In this document: piece by piece, positions 38,540 through 48,486 of the stretch
How positions within the stretch are numbered: the first letter of the stretch is position 1
How the letters are laid out: each line of letters begins with the position of its first letter
Virus record (IMG/VR): IMGVR_UViG_3300037246_000452
Location: 1 to 64,000 of that record
Source of the DNA: a virus
Direction: 5' to 3' (one strand)
Length of the DNA stretch: 64,000 nucleotides
Position numbers and translations under genes: made by a program
Notes under the pieces: model-generated
What the model was told of the DNA's origin: nothing
The model's input: the letters and a program-made list of their open reading frames with translations, nothing else
The model's database searches: none

Positions 38540-39637
38540 CTACTTAAAAGAGACCACCCATCTCCGTTTGTCGTTCAACCTCTTAATCTCCTTCTCTACT
38601 ATGTCCCGGACATCTGCGAGTGACTCATTTGGAACTCCTCCCCACAGCATTAGTACCTCATCCTGCCTGTCCTTCAAATAAGAGAGGTGAGGTATTACCA
38701 ACCTTCTGTCTACCTGTCCCCCCTCCACTACAAATACTGTTGACCCCATGGCATATACTGCCTTCTCTGAGGGTATTGCATCTATCACCTCATACTCTTT
38801 TCTGAGGCTGGTATAAAATGCCTTCAGTGCGAACTTACCTTGCCTGTTGTGCATGTCCAGTGCTGCTCCCGACAATCCCTTCAGTCTTATCTCTATGGGC
38901 ATATCATCTGGCTCTACCTCCCAACCACCCATGGTATTGTGTGACAACTCAAGGATGGGGGCCAGTGCTAAATGCATTGAGTCTACTGCTGATAACGTAC
39001 ACTGCTTAATTGCATGATGATATTCCTCTGGCAACCTTTCACAGTATGCATCTATCACTTGCGTTAATCCGGGTATGTCCCTCTTCCTTCTCTGCTCGGT
39101 CTTCCTTGGTACAAATCCTGCCAGTGTACATATGGCAAGGTATCTCTCTTCCAGTGTCTCCGTACCATTTCCTTCCAGTGCCCAGCCTACCAACTCCTCA
39201 GTGGACATCTGTGAATACCTGTTGTACTGAACTATCCCTTCTGTGGAGTAATCAACTGACACTGACAACTCACAACATATTCTGCTCTTGGGCGACTTAC
39301 ATGCTTCTTCTATGACGTGTGCAGTTAATGTCAAATCCCCCAAAGACATTCTTACCTTCTTATTCTTTGAGAAGGCCACCACCTGCCATACCAACTCTGG
39401 GTTACCTATGCTGATATCTTCTATGGTGATGATTGCCAACGATCTCCACAAATACGTGGGGTCATCGTTGTACAAGTACCCAGCACACTTTAATGCTGTT
39501 TCAACATCACCTCTCCGTATAGCTTTCTGTAATCCACTCCTTACCAGCCACTTATTATCTGGATGAACCAATGCCCTTGGTACTATGGGTTTAACTCCTA
39601 CCAACTGTTCCTGTACTTTGTGTAACACTTTCAACAT
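38540..39637 (-). CDS. RarA/MgsA C-terminal-like helical protein lacking the ATPase domain
   Basis: SGLQKAIRRGD...LWRSLAIITIEDISIGNP resembles RarA SALHKSIRGSD...IASEDIG; no Walker A. Confidence 0.6.
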   Translation of the reverse strand: MLKVLHKVQEQLVGVKPIVPRALVHPDNKWLVRSGLQKAIRRGDVETALKCAGYLYNDDPTYLWRSLAIITIEDISIGNPELVWQVVAFSKNKKVRMSLGDLTLTAHVIEEACKSPKSRICCELSVSVDYSTEGIVQYNRYSQMSTEELVGWALEGNGTETLEERYLAICTLAGFVPRKTEQRRKRDIPGLTQVIDAYCERLPEEYHHAIKQCTLSAVDSMHLALAPILELSHNTMGGWEVEPDDMPIEIRLKGLSGAALDMHNRQGKFALKAFYTSLRKEYEVIDAIPSEKAVYAMGSTVFVVEGGQVDRRLVIPHLSYLKDRQDEVLMLWGGVPNESLADVRDIVEKEIKRLNDKRRWVVSFK

Positions 39638-39681
39638 ATACTAACCTCCATTGATGTAAATATAAATGTTTAATTGTGTAA

Positions 39682-39710
39682 AGCATACCATACTATAATA
39701 GTTTTGTCAA
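39682..39710 (-). promoter_or_regulatory. sigma70-type promoter
   Basis: TTGACA-N17-TATGCT with TG extension. Confidence 0.65.
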
Positions 39711-40681
39711 GTTAATTGTTGCTCCCACTCCCATGCATCCTGCACCATAGAGGTCAGGTCACTGTGCTCAGGCTCCCACCCGAAACGACTTCTTATCCTC
39801 TTATTGTCGGCCACTGCTCGGGCTACATCCCCCTCCCTCCTTGGGGCGTGTATAACAGGTAGCATCATACCAGTGACTCTCTCCACCTCAACTACCATAT
39901 CTTCCACTGAATACCCCTCACCCGTTCCTACGTTTAAGGTAATAGATGGGGTGTCCTCCTCTAAATACCTTACAGCCTGAATATGAGCCTCCGATACATC
40001 CTTTACATGGACATAATCGCGTAAGCATGTGCCGTCTGGGGTGTCATAGTCCGTACCGTAAATAGAAAGCTCTGACTTATTCTTAATGGCGTTGAAACAA
40101 TTCTTTAGCAGGTGGGTTGCTTTGGGGTTGCGGGGGCCAATACCATTTACAAGGTCAGCTCCCAGCACATTGAAATACCTCAGGATTGCATACTTGATAC
40201 CTATACGATCTGCCGCACTGGTTATCATCTGCTCTCCCACCATCTTGGTCATGCCATAAGGATTGCTAGGGTTCAAAGGTGTAATTTCTGTCAGGGTCAT
40301 ACTACTTTTAGTTGCCCCATACACTGCTGCCGTGCTGGAGAATATCAAGCGTTTAACACTTGTGCAGTTAATTGCACTGAGCAATGCGATTACTCCTCCG
40401 ATGTTATTCTCATAATACTTCAAGGGGTCTTCGACTGATTCCGGGGCTGAGAGGCTGGCAGCAAACATCATTACTGTATCTACTTTGTACTCATTAATCA
40501 CTGACCTTACTCTGTCCACCTCCTGAACTCTGGCTACCACACACCTAACATGCTTGGGGAGACTCGCAGGGTGGCCGGTTGAAAGGTCGTCGATCACTAC
40601 AACTTCTTCCCCTTGATTTACTAGCTGGTGTACTACTGTACTGCCGATATACCCTGCCCCTCCTACTACTAATGTACTCAT
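39707..40681 (-). CDS. galE: UDP-glucose 4-epimerase
   Basis: GGAGYIGS, ESVEDPLKYYENN, FSSTAAVYG, YGMTK, LRYFN, TPDGTCLRDYVHV. Confidence 0.92.
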   Translation of the reverse strand: MSTLVVGGAGYIGSTVVHQLVNQGEEVVVIDDLSTGHPASLPKHVRCVVARVQEVDRVRSVINEYKVDTVMMFAASLSAPESVEDPLKYYENNIGGVIALLSAINCTSVKRLIFSSTAAVYGATKSSMTLTEITPLNPSNPYGMTKMVGEQMITSAADRIGIKYAILRYFNVLGADLVNGIGPRNPKATHLLKNCFNAIKNKSELSIYGTDYDTPDGTCLRDYVHVKDVSEAHIQAVRYLEEDTPSITLNVGTGEGYSVEDMVVEVERVTGMMLPVIHAPRREGDVARAVADNKRIRSRFGWEPEHSDLTSMVQDAWEWEQQLT

Positions 40682-40750
40682 GTCTTATACTCCTTAATTG
40701 ACTGACTCATGTAAAGTGTTGGTATACAACAACTTTCAATATCGGGGTCT

Positions 40751-40787
40751 ATGTCTTACTAATGTCTTGTCTTATGTCTTAAGACAC
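40751..40787. repeat. short TGTCTT tandem/inverted repeats
   Basis: TGTCTT at 40752, 40763, 40768, 40775; palindrome TGTCTTAAGACA at 40775-40786. Confidence 0.55.
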
Positions 40788-40810
40788 TATATATAATACC
40801 CTATGACATA

Positions 40811-43201
40811 TCAAGTCTTTTCTTTCTTCTGTTCTTTATACCACTCGGTAAACTGTTCTAGGTTGCCTCTATAGAATAGGCAGTTACAGTGAGTTGTTTC
40901 ATTACAAGCATCATGCAATACATCGAAGCAATAGTTGGCTTGCATAGTTGATATATCATCTTTCTCTACCTCGGAACTATCCTCTACGGTACTTCCTGTT
41001 TGAGTGGGTATATTTAACCCTTTATACTTTTTCATTCTTCCTCCTTAACCGATCTTCTTTAACATTTTCAACTTCGATTCTATCTGCCGTACTCCTATGG
41101 ATAGGTTTCCTATAATGTTCCGATAAAATACGCTATCTCTAAGCGACTGACACCCTACACTACCCATGTCCCTTTGTAGTACGTCTCTGGCTCTTATAGT
41201 CATCTTGAGTTCTTTCTCATAACTCTCTATCCTATCCCTTCGTTCTTCTTTATCTCCCCAACCTGTGCAATCTTTATTCATCCCGCCAACTCCTTTATAC
41301 TTTCCTTGCTTCCGTTAGTAATCCTCTCTGTCTCTTAATGATCTTATTATATAGCATTCGTTCTATTGGACATGTGAGCTTACTCATAGTATGTTCTAAG
41401 GTTAATATTATTCTTACTAAGGCTCTTATAATCGCTCTATCTTTATCTGTTCTTTCCTTCTCCGCACCCATCAGCCCTCCGCTCCCGACTTACCATTGGC
41501 TGTTATCCTCTCCAGTATAGAAGGACTACAACTTATTATCCGCAGACTATCTTTATCTACAACCTTCGGCCCAAACACTGATAACATTAACTCACCTATA
41601 TGACTAGCCCACTGAGCTATTATAATATCCCCCGTGGCACTGTCCCGGTACTTAGTCATACCATTCCATGTTTCTTCCTCTATGAAGCCATTGAATTCCA
41701 CCCCATTAATGAGAAAGTCATATGCTGCTCTCTTTCTGTTTACCTGTATCTCTATCTTACTCATAATCCCTCCATCTGGGTTAGGCATACAACCAGCCTA
41801 TCTCTTGTTAATGGGTTAAGGTTCATTGAGAAGGCTTCTTTCTCATAGTAGCTTCTTGCTGTATCTCCGAACTTCCTACTCATGCCTCGCCAGTCCGCTA
41901 CCATTTGTCGTATGTACTTATGAGGCATTGGTTTAGCATGGCCTTCTTTGTCTACCCAATGGTTCCAGTGATGTTTATTTCTTCCATAATGTAAGGCCCA
42001 CGCCTTCCTGAAATCTTCATCTATTAACTTCTGCCCCGCCACACCCGTTTCCCAATCTACAGGGCAGTAGAACTTCCATGCGTAAGGGAAGAACTCAGCT
42101 GGCAGGAACTTTGACAGGTCATGTGTTATAGCATGCCAGTACAATCCCATCTTCCAAGCCTCTATCCCCACATTCTTCTTATGCTCTAAAATATACATCA
42201 GGTAGTGCCAATACATTCTTATCATAATACCATCCCCCGGGAATACCCGTTATATATTGCATCTAACTTATGAGCCCTTGCTCTACCTTTGTTTATCCTT
42301 GCAATCTCCTTGTAATAGGCTTCCCAACTCATAGAACATTTCTTCAGGTCAATATTTAGGGAGTGATGAAACTCGTCTCCCTCTATTACATAGTAGAACC
42401 AATACCTATCCCTCGCCCACTGTATTACTTCTTTGAAGTCCCGCCAAACCTTTGCTATCCTTGCACCGTAGATAGTCTCGAATACTATAAATAGAGTGAG
42501 TACTACTAGGACTAATATAAAAATAAACCATATCCTACTTAGCCATAATGTATATACTGCAATCATGCTTCCCTCCTTGGTTTGCATCGATGTAGGGTAA
42601 TTCTTTTGTTTTCATCCCTTGCCCTTATATACCTTGGACAACTATCGGCTCCTGACCTCATGACCTTATGAGTACATCGATCTCCTTCCCTCCAGATACA
42701 TTCATTATACCCACGCTCTACCTTATCTCCCTCAAGCAGTGGTTGCTTTAAGAATGGTCCTTCCATTACTTCCAGAGGTAATATCTCCTGACTACCCGGC
42801 CCCAACTTAGTAGGATTCTTACTATCCTGAGCCTCCAGCTTCTTAAGTCTATTATCTAAGTCGTCAATTAAATCAAAGAGTGCTGAGAATCCGCCCCACT
42901 TCCTGACTTCTTTAGTAATACTCATAGGCTAATCTCCAGATGTTTGATCAGATTCAACGCTTCTGCCTGAGGCCTTATCTCTGCTTACTTTAGCTGCCCG
43001 GGCATCGAACCATGGAACATACTGCTCAATATTCTTCTCATCGAATAGGCAGACACTACAGTCTTGTACCCCTTTAGCCTTCTCAGGGCAGTCCTTAAGC
43101 TCCACCTTATTACAATCAAGGCATTGCTCTGTTTCATAACATAATGAATCTCCCTTGTTCTTGTTCTGTGCTGGTACAAATTTTCCTTTAAACTTTTTCA
43201 T
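40811..43201 (-). other. cluster of small hypothetical genes
   Basis: ORFs 40811, 41045, 41471, 42222, 42563, 42929; 40811 and 42929 look paralogous (MKKxKG...CLF...N.EQ...W). Confidence 0.55.
41761..42225 (-). CDS. HD-like (DUF5662-type) protein
   Basis: HK..V, HDLSKF, HYGRNKHHW, MVADW. Confidence 0.7.
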   Translation of the reverse strand: MIRMYWHYLMYILEHKKNVGIEAWKMGLYWHAITHDLSKFLPAEFFPYAWKFYCPVDWETGVAGQKLIDEDFRKAWALHYGRNKHHWNHWVDKEGHAKPMPHKYIRQMVADWRGMSRKFGDTARSYYEKEAFSMNLNPLTRDRLVVCLTQMEGL

Positions 43202-43654
43202 GATTTACCCTCCTTCAACTCTTTAATTAATTCATGAACCCACTCAATCTTAACAGACCATTTCACTTTACTTCTTTCAACGTGTAGCGTGAAGCAGTCA
43301 ATCATATAATCTACTGCCTGTTGATTTGCCCAGGTATTAACCGCCCGGAGCTTAGCCAATACCTGAGCCCTCCTACCCCTTAGGATAGAGAAGCCAGCAT
43401 GTTTAACTCCATGGCAGTCAGGGCATAAGGCCTGTATGCCTACCAGTACCTGTTGTCTTTTCTTATCATCATAATACCAGACTTCGTGAGCCTCTACTGG
43501 ATGTGCTCTTCCTTTACCCCCACATATCTCACACTTATACCCCGCCAGTTTGTAGCAATGCCTTCTAATCAAGTCCCATTCACTCTTTTTTGAGCATGGT
43601 ACGAAGATTCTTTTTCTGTACTCCGTCTGGTACTAATTCAATTGATAATTTCAC
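43198..43654 (-). pseudogene. HNH endonuclease split by a frameshift
   Basis: GTG 43654 gives MKLSIELVP..NLRTMLKK; removing one A in CTC-AAAAAA-G joins it to SEWDLIRRHCY..CEICGG..HEVW..ALCPDCH. Confidence 0.65.
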
Positions 43655-44268
43655 CTCGATCTCCTTGGCTGGGTCACCGCTTTCTCTAAGGGCCATCCTA
43701 ATTTTAATCTTTTATATATAATGCCTCGGGGGAATCCTTGCTGTTCTTCTAGTTCAGTAACAGCTATCTTTTTACCTTCCCATTCCACAAAGACAGTTGA
43801 TTTCTTATTACGTTGATTCTTTTTATTGCTTAGCCATCTACAGTTATTTGGCTCATAATTACCGTCATTATCTTCCCTGTCTATAGTGATTCTACTCCCT
43901 TTGGGTCTATCCCCCATATCTTTGAGAAAATTCTCAAACTTTAGCCACTTAGTACAAACTGTAATTCCTCGGCCACCATAGTTACTGTAACCTTCTCTGT
44001 TATTATTGGTACATCTTTGAATCATGTTATGCCACGAGTTGTAGGTTCCACTTGTAACTCCTGCTTTGGTATGTCCGTGCTTTCTAGCCTCTCTCTTCCA
44101 ACAACCGCATGATATAGTCTTACCATTTTTAAGAGCTATTTTAGTGGCTACAGTTGTAGTTCCACAATCACACTTACAAACATATGCTATGTTACGGCCA
44201 ACTTTTGTTTCCTCAACTACTGTTAATCTACCATATTTCTTTGTTGTATCGAAAAAAATACGCCTCAT
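43651..44268 (-). CDS. HNH homing endonuclease
   Basis: CKCDCG, SCGC, YGGRGITVC, IDREDNDGNYEPNNCRW. Confidence 0.85.
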   Translation of the reverse strand: MRRIFFDTTKKYGRLTVVEETKVGRNIAYVCKCDCGTTTVATKIALKNGKTISCGCWKREARKHGHTKAGVTSGTYNSWHNMIQRCTNNNREGYSNYGGRGITVCTKWLKFENFLKDMGDRPKGSRITIDREDNDGNYEPNNCRWLSNKKNQRNKKSTVFVEWEGKKIAVTELEEQQGFPRGIIYKRLKLGWPLEKAVTQPRRSR

Positions 44269-44297
44269 GATACACCTCCAATTTTTAATTATAAATC

Positions 44298-44326
44298 AGT
44301 ATACCATGAGGCGTTAATTATGTCAA
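44298..44326 (-). promoter_or_regulatory. sigma70-type promoter
   Basis: TTGACA-N17-TATACT with TG extension. Confidence 0.7.
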
Positions 44327-44337
44327 TCTATACTTGG

Positions 44338-45216
44338 TTAAACTGCAACCTCAATATCTATGTTGGGATATAAAGCGGCAAACGTGTTAAGGGTATCATC
44401 TGGACCGACTTCTTCCATAAGTTCTTTAAGAGTCTTTTGTTTACCCTTACCCTTCCCCTTGCCTAATCCGTTTTCTAAGAATTGCTGACAAATGTATTCA
44501 AGAGCAACCGTGTTATATTCCGTACCACTTGTTTTCATTTGTTTAGCCACTGCAGCTTCAATAATTTCCTTTTGGTCGGTATGCACCTTGAATGTTAGCG
44601 TGGTAACGGTATTGCCTGTATCTCCGGCCCCGTCATCACCACCTTCATCCGTACCGCCCAGACTTTTAACAGTTTCAATTAACTGCAGGCACGTCATCGA
44701 ATTGGCCTTTTCAACCCACTCTTCCACGTTCTCCTCATTAAGCAGGTGAGCAATTTCTTTCAGCTTGGTCCAGCCGACTGACTTAACGTCGTCCCACTTA
44801 ACACCGGACTCAACAAGGTCTCTGTAAATCTGAACGAGATACATGGCCTTCCTGTAATGCATGCCGAATTCATCAGTGATGTAGTCCTTGAAAGACTCAT
44901 GACCTGAGAACCAATCCTCCTCCTGCATTTTGGAGAGAAAACCACCGATCTTGAAGTTATTGAATTCACCTTCCTCGATGAGTTCCTTAACCAGATCAGA
45001 GACTTCAGTTTCCTTGATGTTTTCAACGGCAAATACCGTCTGAACAATCAAGTCCTCGCTGACCTCCTTCTTTGCCTTTGTCTTCGCCTTTGGTGCTGCC
45101 TTTGTTGCTGATTCTGTTGCTCCTTCTTTCGCCTTCGTTTTAAGTGCCATATCCTTTCCTCCTGTTTTTGTAGCCTCGACCTTCGTAGTCTCTGGCTTAG
45201 TTTCTGTTTCGGCCAT
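44338..45216 (-). CDS. hypothetical (possibly DNA-binding) protein
   Basis: Lys/Ala-rich N-terminus, helical core; first gene after promoter 45261-45311. Confidence 0.65.
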   Translation of the reverse strand: MAETETKPETTKVEATKTGGKDMALKTKAKEGATESATKAAPKAKTKAKKEVSEDLIVQTVFAVENIKETEVSDLVKELIEEGEFNNFKIGGFLSKMQEEDWFSGHESFKDYITDEFGMHYRKAMYLVQIYRDLVESGVKWDDVKSVGWTKLKEIAHLLNEENVEEWVEKANSMTCLQLIETVKSLGGTDEGGDDGAGDTGNTVTTLTFKVHTDQKEIIEAAVAKQMKTSGTEYNTVALEYICQQFLENGLGKGKGKGKQKTLKELMEEVGPDDTLNTFAALYPNIDIEVAV

Positions 45217-45260
45217 ATTGCCCTCCCTGATTTAGTTATTTATTAATTATTTATACTGTA

Positions 45261-45311
45261 ATTATACCTAATTGAATATGGTTTGTCAAGTAAATATTGC
45301 AGTTAATTGCA
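45261..45311 (-). promoter_or_regulatory. consensus sigma70 promoter with 14-bp palindrome upstream
   Basis: TTGACA(45284-89)-N17-TATAAT; palindrome 45298-45311. Confidence 0.85.
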
Positions 45312-45440
45312 AATTACCCTAGACTATCTATCCATGCTGCAAAGGCATAACCGGCAATAAGCATTATAGGCACTGTAAATATATATACCCAAGTGTTATT
45401 ACTCAACCATGCAACAAGCTTCTCCGCCCTTTCTTCACAC

Positions 45441-45743
45441 TTACAACTCATGGCTATCACCTTCATAATTGTAGTACTTACCCGCAGTCCCAAATTTCTC
45501 TTCCTTGGCCTTGTTGATGTTGGCCCTACTCAACCTTCCGTGCTTTACAATCACGTCCACCCAGAAGAGTATATGCCCTATCTCTTCCTCAAGCTTCTCC
45601 CTATTGGTCTTGCCTGTCTTATGCTTTTTGTCGTTCCATCCGAATAGTTTAACCTTAGAGACAGCTATAGCCACTTCGTTACATTCCTCAGCCAGCTTGG
45701 TAAGGTTCTTCCGGGAGTCATTATACATTGTTCCTTGGCTCAT
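45441..45743 (-). CDS. MazG-like NTP pyrophosphohydrolase
   Basis: AEECNEV...LEEEIGH acidic motifs. Confidence 0.7.
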   Translation of the reverse strand: MSQGTMYNDSRKNLTKLAEECNEVAIAVSKVKLFGWNDKKHKTGKTNREKLEEEIGHILFWVDVIVKHGRLSRANINKAKEEKFGTAGKYYNYEGDSHEL

Positions 45744-46183
45744 GATTTTTCCTCCATAGTTTTAATATCATGGCATTGGTAGCACAGTACCTGTAGCCCT
45801 GATACTGAGCAAAATAGTTTCAGTATATAAGCTCCTGCATGTGCCAGCGTAGTAAACGGTCCACACCCTTTGATATGATCTATATTGTAGGCACTGGTCT
45901 CCTTCATCCCACCCTTTGCTGCCGGCACCTTGACCTTCTCTTTGAGGTAATACGTGTCACCGCAATAGGCACAGGGAACCACCCATTTCTTCTTACTGCT
46001 ATCGGTACAGGGTATTCTTGCATTAAGTACGGCATCCTTGTACATCTGACTGTTACGCCACTCCTTACGCAATGCAGCTTTCAGCTTACCTACAAACTTC
46101 CCCTCTGTCATGCCATACTTAGGATGCTTGGCCTGTTTCTTACCCTTGCTACCATTCTTCTTCTTTGCTAAATACTTTATCAT
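45740..46183 (-). CDS. HNH endonuclease
   Basis: CAYC, IDHI, LQVLCYQCHDIKT. Confidence 0.75.
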   Translation of the reverse strand: MIKYLAKKKNGSKGKKQAKHPKYGMTEGKFVGKLKAALRKEWRNSQMYKDAVLNARIPCTDSSKKKWVVPCAYCGDTYYLKEKVKVPAAKGGMKETSAYNIDHIKGCGPFTTLAHAGAYILKLFCSVSGLQVLCYQCHDIKTMEEKS

Positions 46184-46316
46184 CGTTGCTTACCCGCTAC
46201 TATAAAGAAGATGGGTAGTATTATCCCTATGCATACTATCACCATACCTACATACTCCATATTGTCCCCCTGTGCAATTAATTGCAACTACTTGCGTGAT
46301 TTGGCCCCTACATACT

Positions 46317-46706
46317 TTAGCTTCCCGGGTCAGCATTAACACCTATAAGGCAGCACTTCTTGTATTTCTTCCCAGACTTACAAGGGCAAGGGTCATTCCG
46401 TTTGGTTTTATTAAACTTCACCAATGTTATACCCTTCTTGGTTAGCACCCTAACTTTATCTTTCATAGCTGGGTTGTCAATCAGGAATTGAGGAAGGTCT
46501 TTCTTCTTTACCAGATCGAAGTCTTTCAACTCTGCATTACTGGCATTCCTCAACATGGCGTAAGTCACCATATCCTGATCATCCACCACCAGTATTTTCT
46601 TCTTTGGTTCCTTAAGTTTAAATGATGCCTCATCCAATATGACACCCACCTTTTGCACCCCTCTAAATGCTGGGGTTTCGTTGATGGTTTTTACTGCTGC
46701 ACTCAT
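46317..46706 (-). CDS. SEC-C motif protein
   Basis: C-terminal RNDPCPCKSGKKYKKCC. Confidence 0.8.
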   Translation of the reverse strand: MSAAVKTINETPAFRGVQKVGVILDEASFKLKEPKKKILVVDDQDMVTYAMLRNASNAELKDFDLVKKKDLPQFLIDNPAMKDKVRVLTKKGITLVKFNKTKRNDPCPCKSGKKYKKCCLIGVNADPGS

Positions 46707-46889
46707 ATGTCACCTCCAATTAATTTAAGAGCAGGTACTATATCCTCCTCAATATCCAGCTCAAGGCGGGGTAGTACTATTTCCTTTACGGTACACTCCT
46801 CCAATGCAGATTTTGGGAATGTAACGTTAGTCACAACCGTGACGGTAATAGTTATATTGTTCCCTTTGATGTCTATATCTACACTCATT

Positions 46890-47798
46890 TTAACTCTCCT
46901 TTGGCATTGTGCCTTCTTTATATTTGTCACCGAAGCATTGCTTAGAAACCGCACACTCGGTAACTCGTTTATCGTATATGTCAATACATACTCTCCCAGA
47001 GAAACAACCTCCCTGCTCCCTGAACTCTATTACCTTTATAGCCTCGTCACATCCGTCCTGAGTCAGTGCATCGTCGCGCTTTACATGATACTCTTTGAAG
47101 GGTGTAAAAGGTGCATCTTTAAAGCCCTGCCCCTTCAGTCCATGATCAGATATCCCAAAGCCCTTAACCATATAGAGGACGGATGCCTCTTTGAGGTTGA
47201 TCATCTTGGCTGCTAGGCCTCCGTACTCCTCCACCAAGCGCATGTAAAGGTTTGTTCTTTTTCTATGCTCAGCTTTGGGCGCCTTGAGGACTTTAAACTG
47301 GTCCTTATCAATAGACTTGAGTTCAACTATTCTGTATTTCTTTTCTCCGGGAAGGTGCAATAGTACATCAATGCCCCCCGATATACCAGAACTTTTTGAC
47401 TTGAATCTCAGTTCCTGATAATGCCAGTCTTGATGTCCACAGGTGCTGCATGCTCCGGGGTGTTTACAGAAAGTCACCACATGCTTGCACCTTCTACACT
47501 TCCAATCCCCCACTGCTATAGCACGAGCCCACCTATTCCTAAATTCCTCGTGCAGTAGCTCCCCAAGATCAAAGGTGTATCGAAGGGACGTTCCAATGAA
47601 CATACCCTTCTTCTCCTCCCCTGTAACATCAAGTAATTGGTACTCCCTTGCACAGAACTTCCTGTCCGGGTTCGTAATGTCTGAGGCATGCAGTCTTTTT
47701 ATAGGTCTTGCCGGCTCATACTTTGGCATGAGGTGATGCAGGTATTCCTTAATACCTTCCTTAGGCAGTAAGTCCTTAGCTTTCTTGCCCCAAGCCAT
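46890..47798 (-). CDS. Cas4-like PD-(D/E)xK exonuclease
   Basis: HASD..CARE, GGIDV..IVELKS, terminal Cys cluster; start moved to ATG 47798. Confidence 0.75.
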   Translation of the reverse strand: MAWGKKAKDLLPKEGIKEYLHHLMPKYEPARPIKRLHASDITNPDRKFCAREYQLLDVTGEEKKGMFIGTSLRYTFDLGELLHEEFRNRWARAIAVGDWKCRRCKHVVTFCKHPGACSTCGHQDWHYQELRFKSKSSGISGGIDVLLHLPGEKKYRIVELKSIDKDQFKVLKAPKAEHRKRTNLYMRLVEEYGGLAAKMINLKEASVLYMVKGFGISDHGLKGQGFKDAPFTPFKEYHVKRDDALTQDGCDEAIKVIEFREQGGCFSGRVCIDIYDKRVTECAVSKQCFGDKYKEGTMPKES

Positions 47799-47808
47799 TC
47801 CCGATTTT

Positions 47809-48486
47809 TTAGTTGTCAAGCCCTTCAAGAGGAACCTCCACACCTTCAAAGAACACTGGCTGCATGTCCTTGAACTCTTCAAGTAGAGGGCACATAAGCT
47901 GCCTCATTTTAGGGTGTGCGAACTTAGAGATTCGTTGCGTAAACACCTCTCGCCATTGTCGGAAGTTACACGTTACTACGATCTCGGCTTTCAAATCCAC
48001 AGGTAACAGACCTCGTGCTTCCTGTGCTGAGGCGCCTAGCTCAAGCTGCTCAAAGTAGTAACTCTCCGCAGCTTCCATACCCTTTACCCATGACTTCCGC
48101 CTTCGTTTCTTAGCTCGTATAACTTCCGCTGAGTCATTCGATTGTATTGTATGGAACAAGGACTCAATTACGGTAATCTCCTTATCGAACTTCTTCTTGG
48201 AGTAGTTGCAATACCGTGTACTCTCCTGAGAGAATGAGCATAGCCTGTGTCGCACTATCTCATGAGTAATACCTCTATCCATAATGAAGTGCACACTTGC
48301 CCCTGCATGCTCTATCACAGATAAGTGTCCCTTCTTGATGATACCTCGGATAAACGTCTCAGCATCCTCGTCCTTCTCACCTGCTATACTCTTATAGCAT
48401 GTTCGTCCCGCAAACTCTACCAATCTAAGTGAGTCACTGTAATTAGGCATCTGTAGTATCTGTGACTGTGGTTTAACGATTCTCAT
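47809..48486 (-). CDS. thyX: flavin-dependent thymidylate synthase
   Basis: GRTCYKS, HLSVIEH, HEIVRHRLCSFSQESTRY. Confidence 0.93.
   Translation of the reverse strand: MRIVKPQSQILQMPNYSDSLRLVEFAGRTCYKSIAGEKDEDAETFIRGIIKKGHLSVIEHAGASVHFIMDRGITHEIVRHRLCSFSQESTRYCNYSKKKFDKEITVIESLFHTIQSNDSAEVIRAKKRRRKSWVKGMEAAESYYFEQLELGASAQEARGLLPVDLKAEIVVTCNFRQWREVFTQRISKFAHPKMRQLMCPLLEEFKDMQPVFFEGVEVPLEGLDN

Noticed and set aside
39001-39014. Additional partial palindrome (ACTGCTTAATTGCA)
   Set aside because: Only one half-site matches, so it was not counted among the 28 copies.
43580-43595. Programmed -1 frameshift at AAAAAAG
   Set aside because: The phase is CTC-AAA-AAA-G; restoring the HNH needs +1/-2, not the canonical A-AAA-AAG -1 shift.
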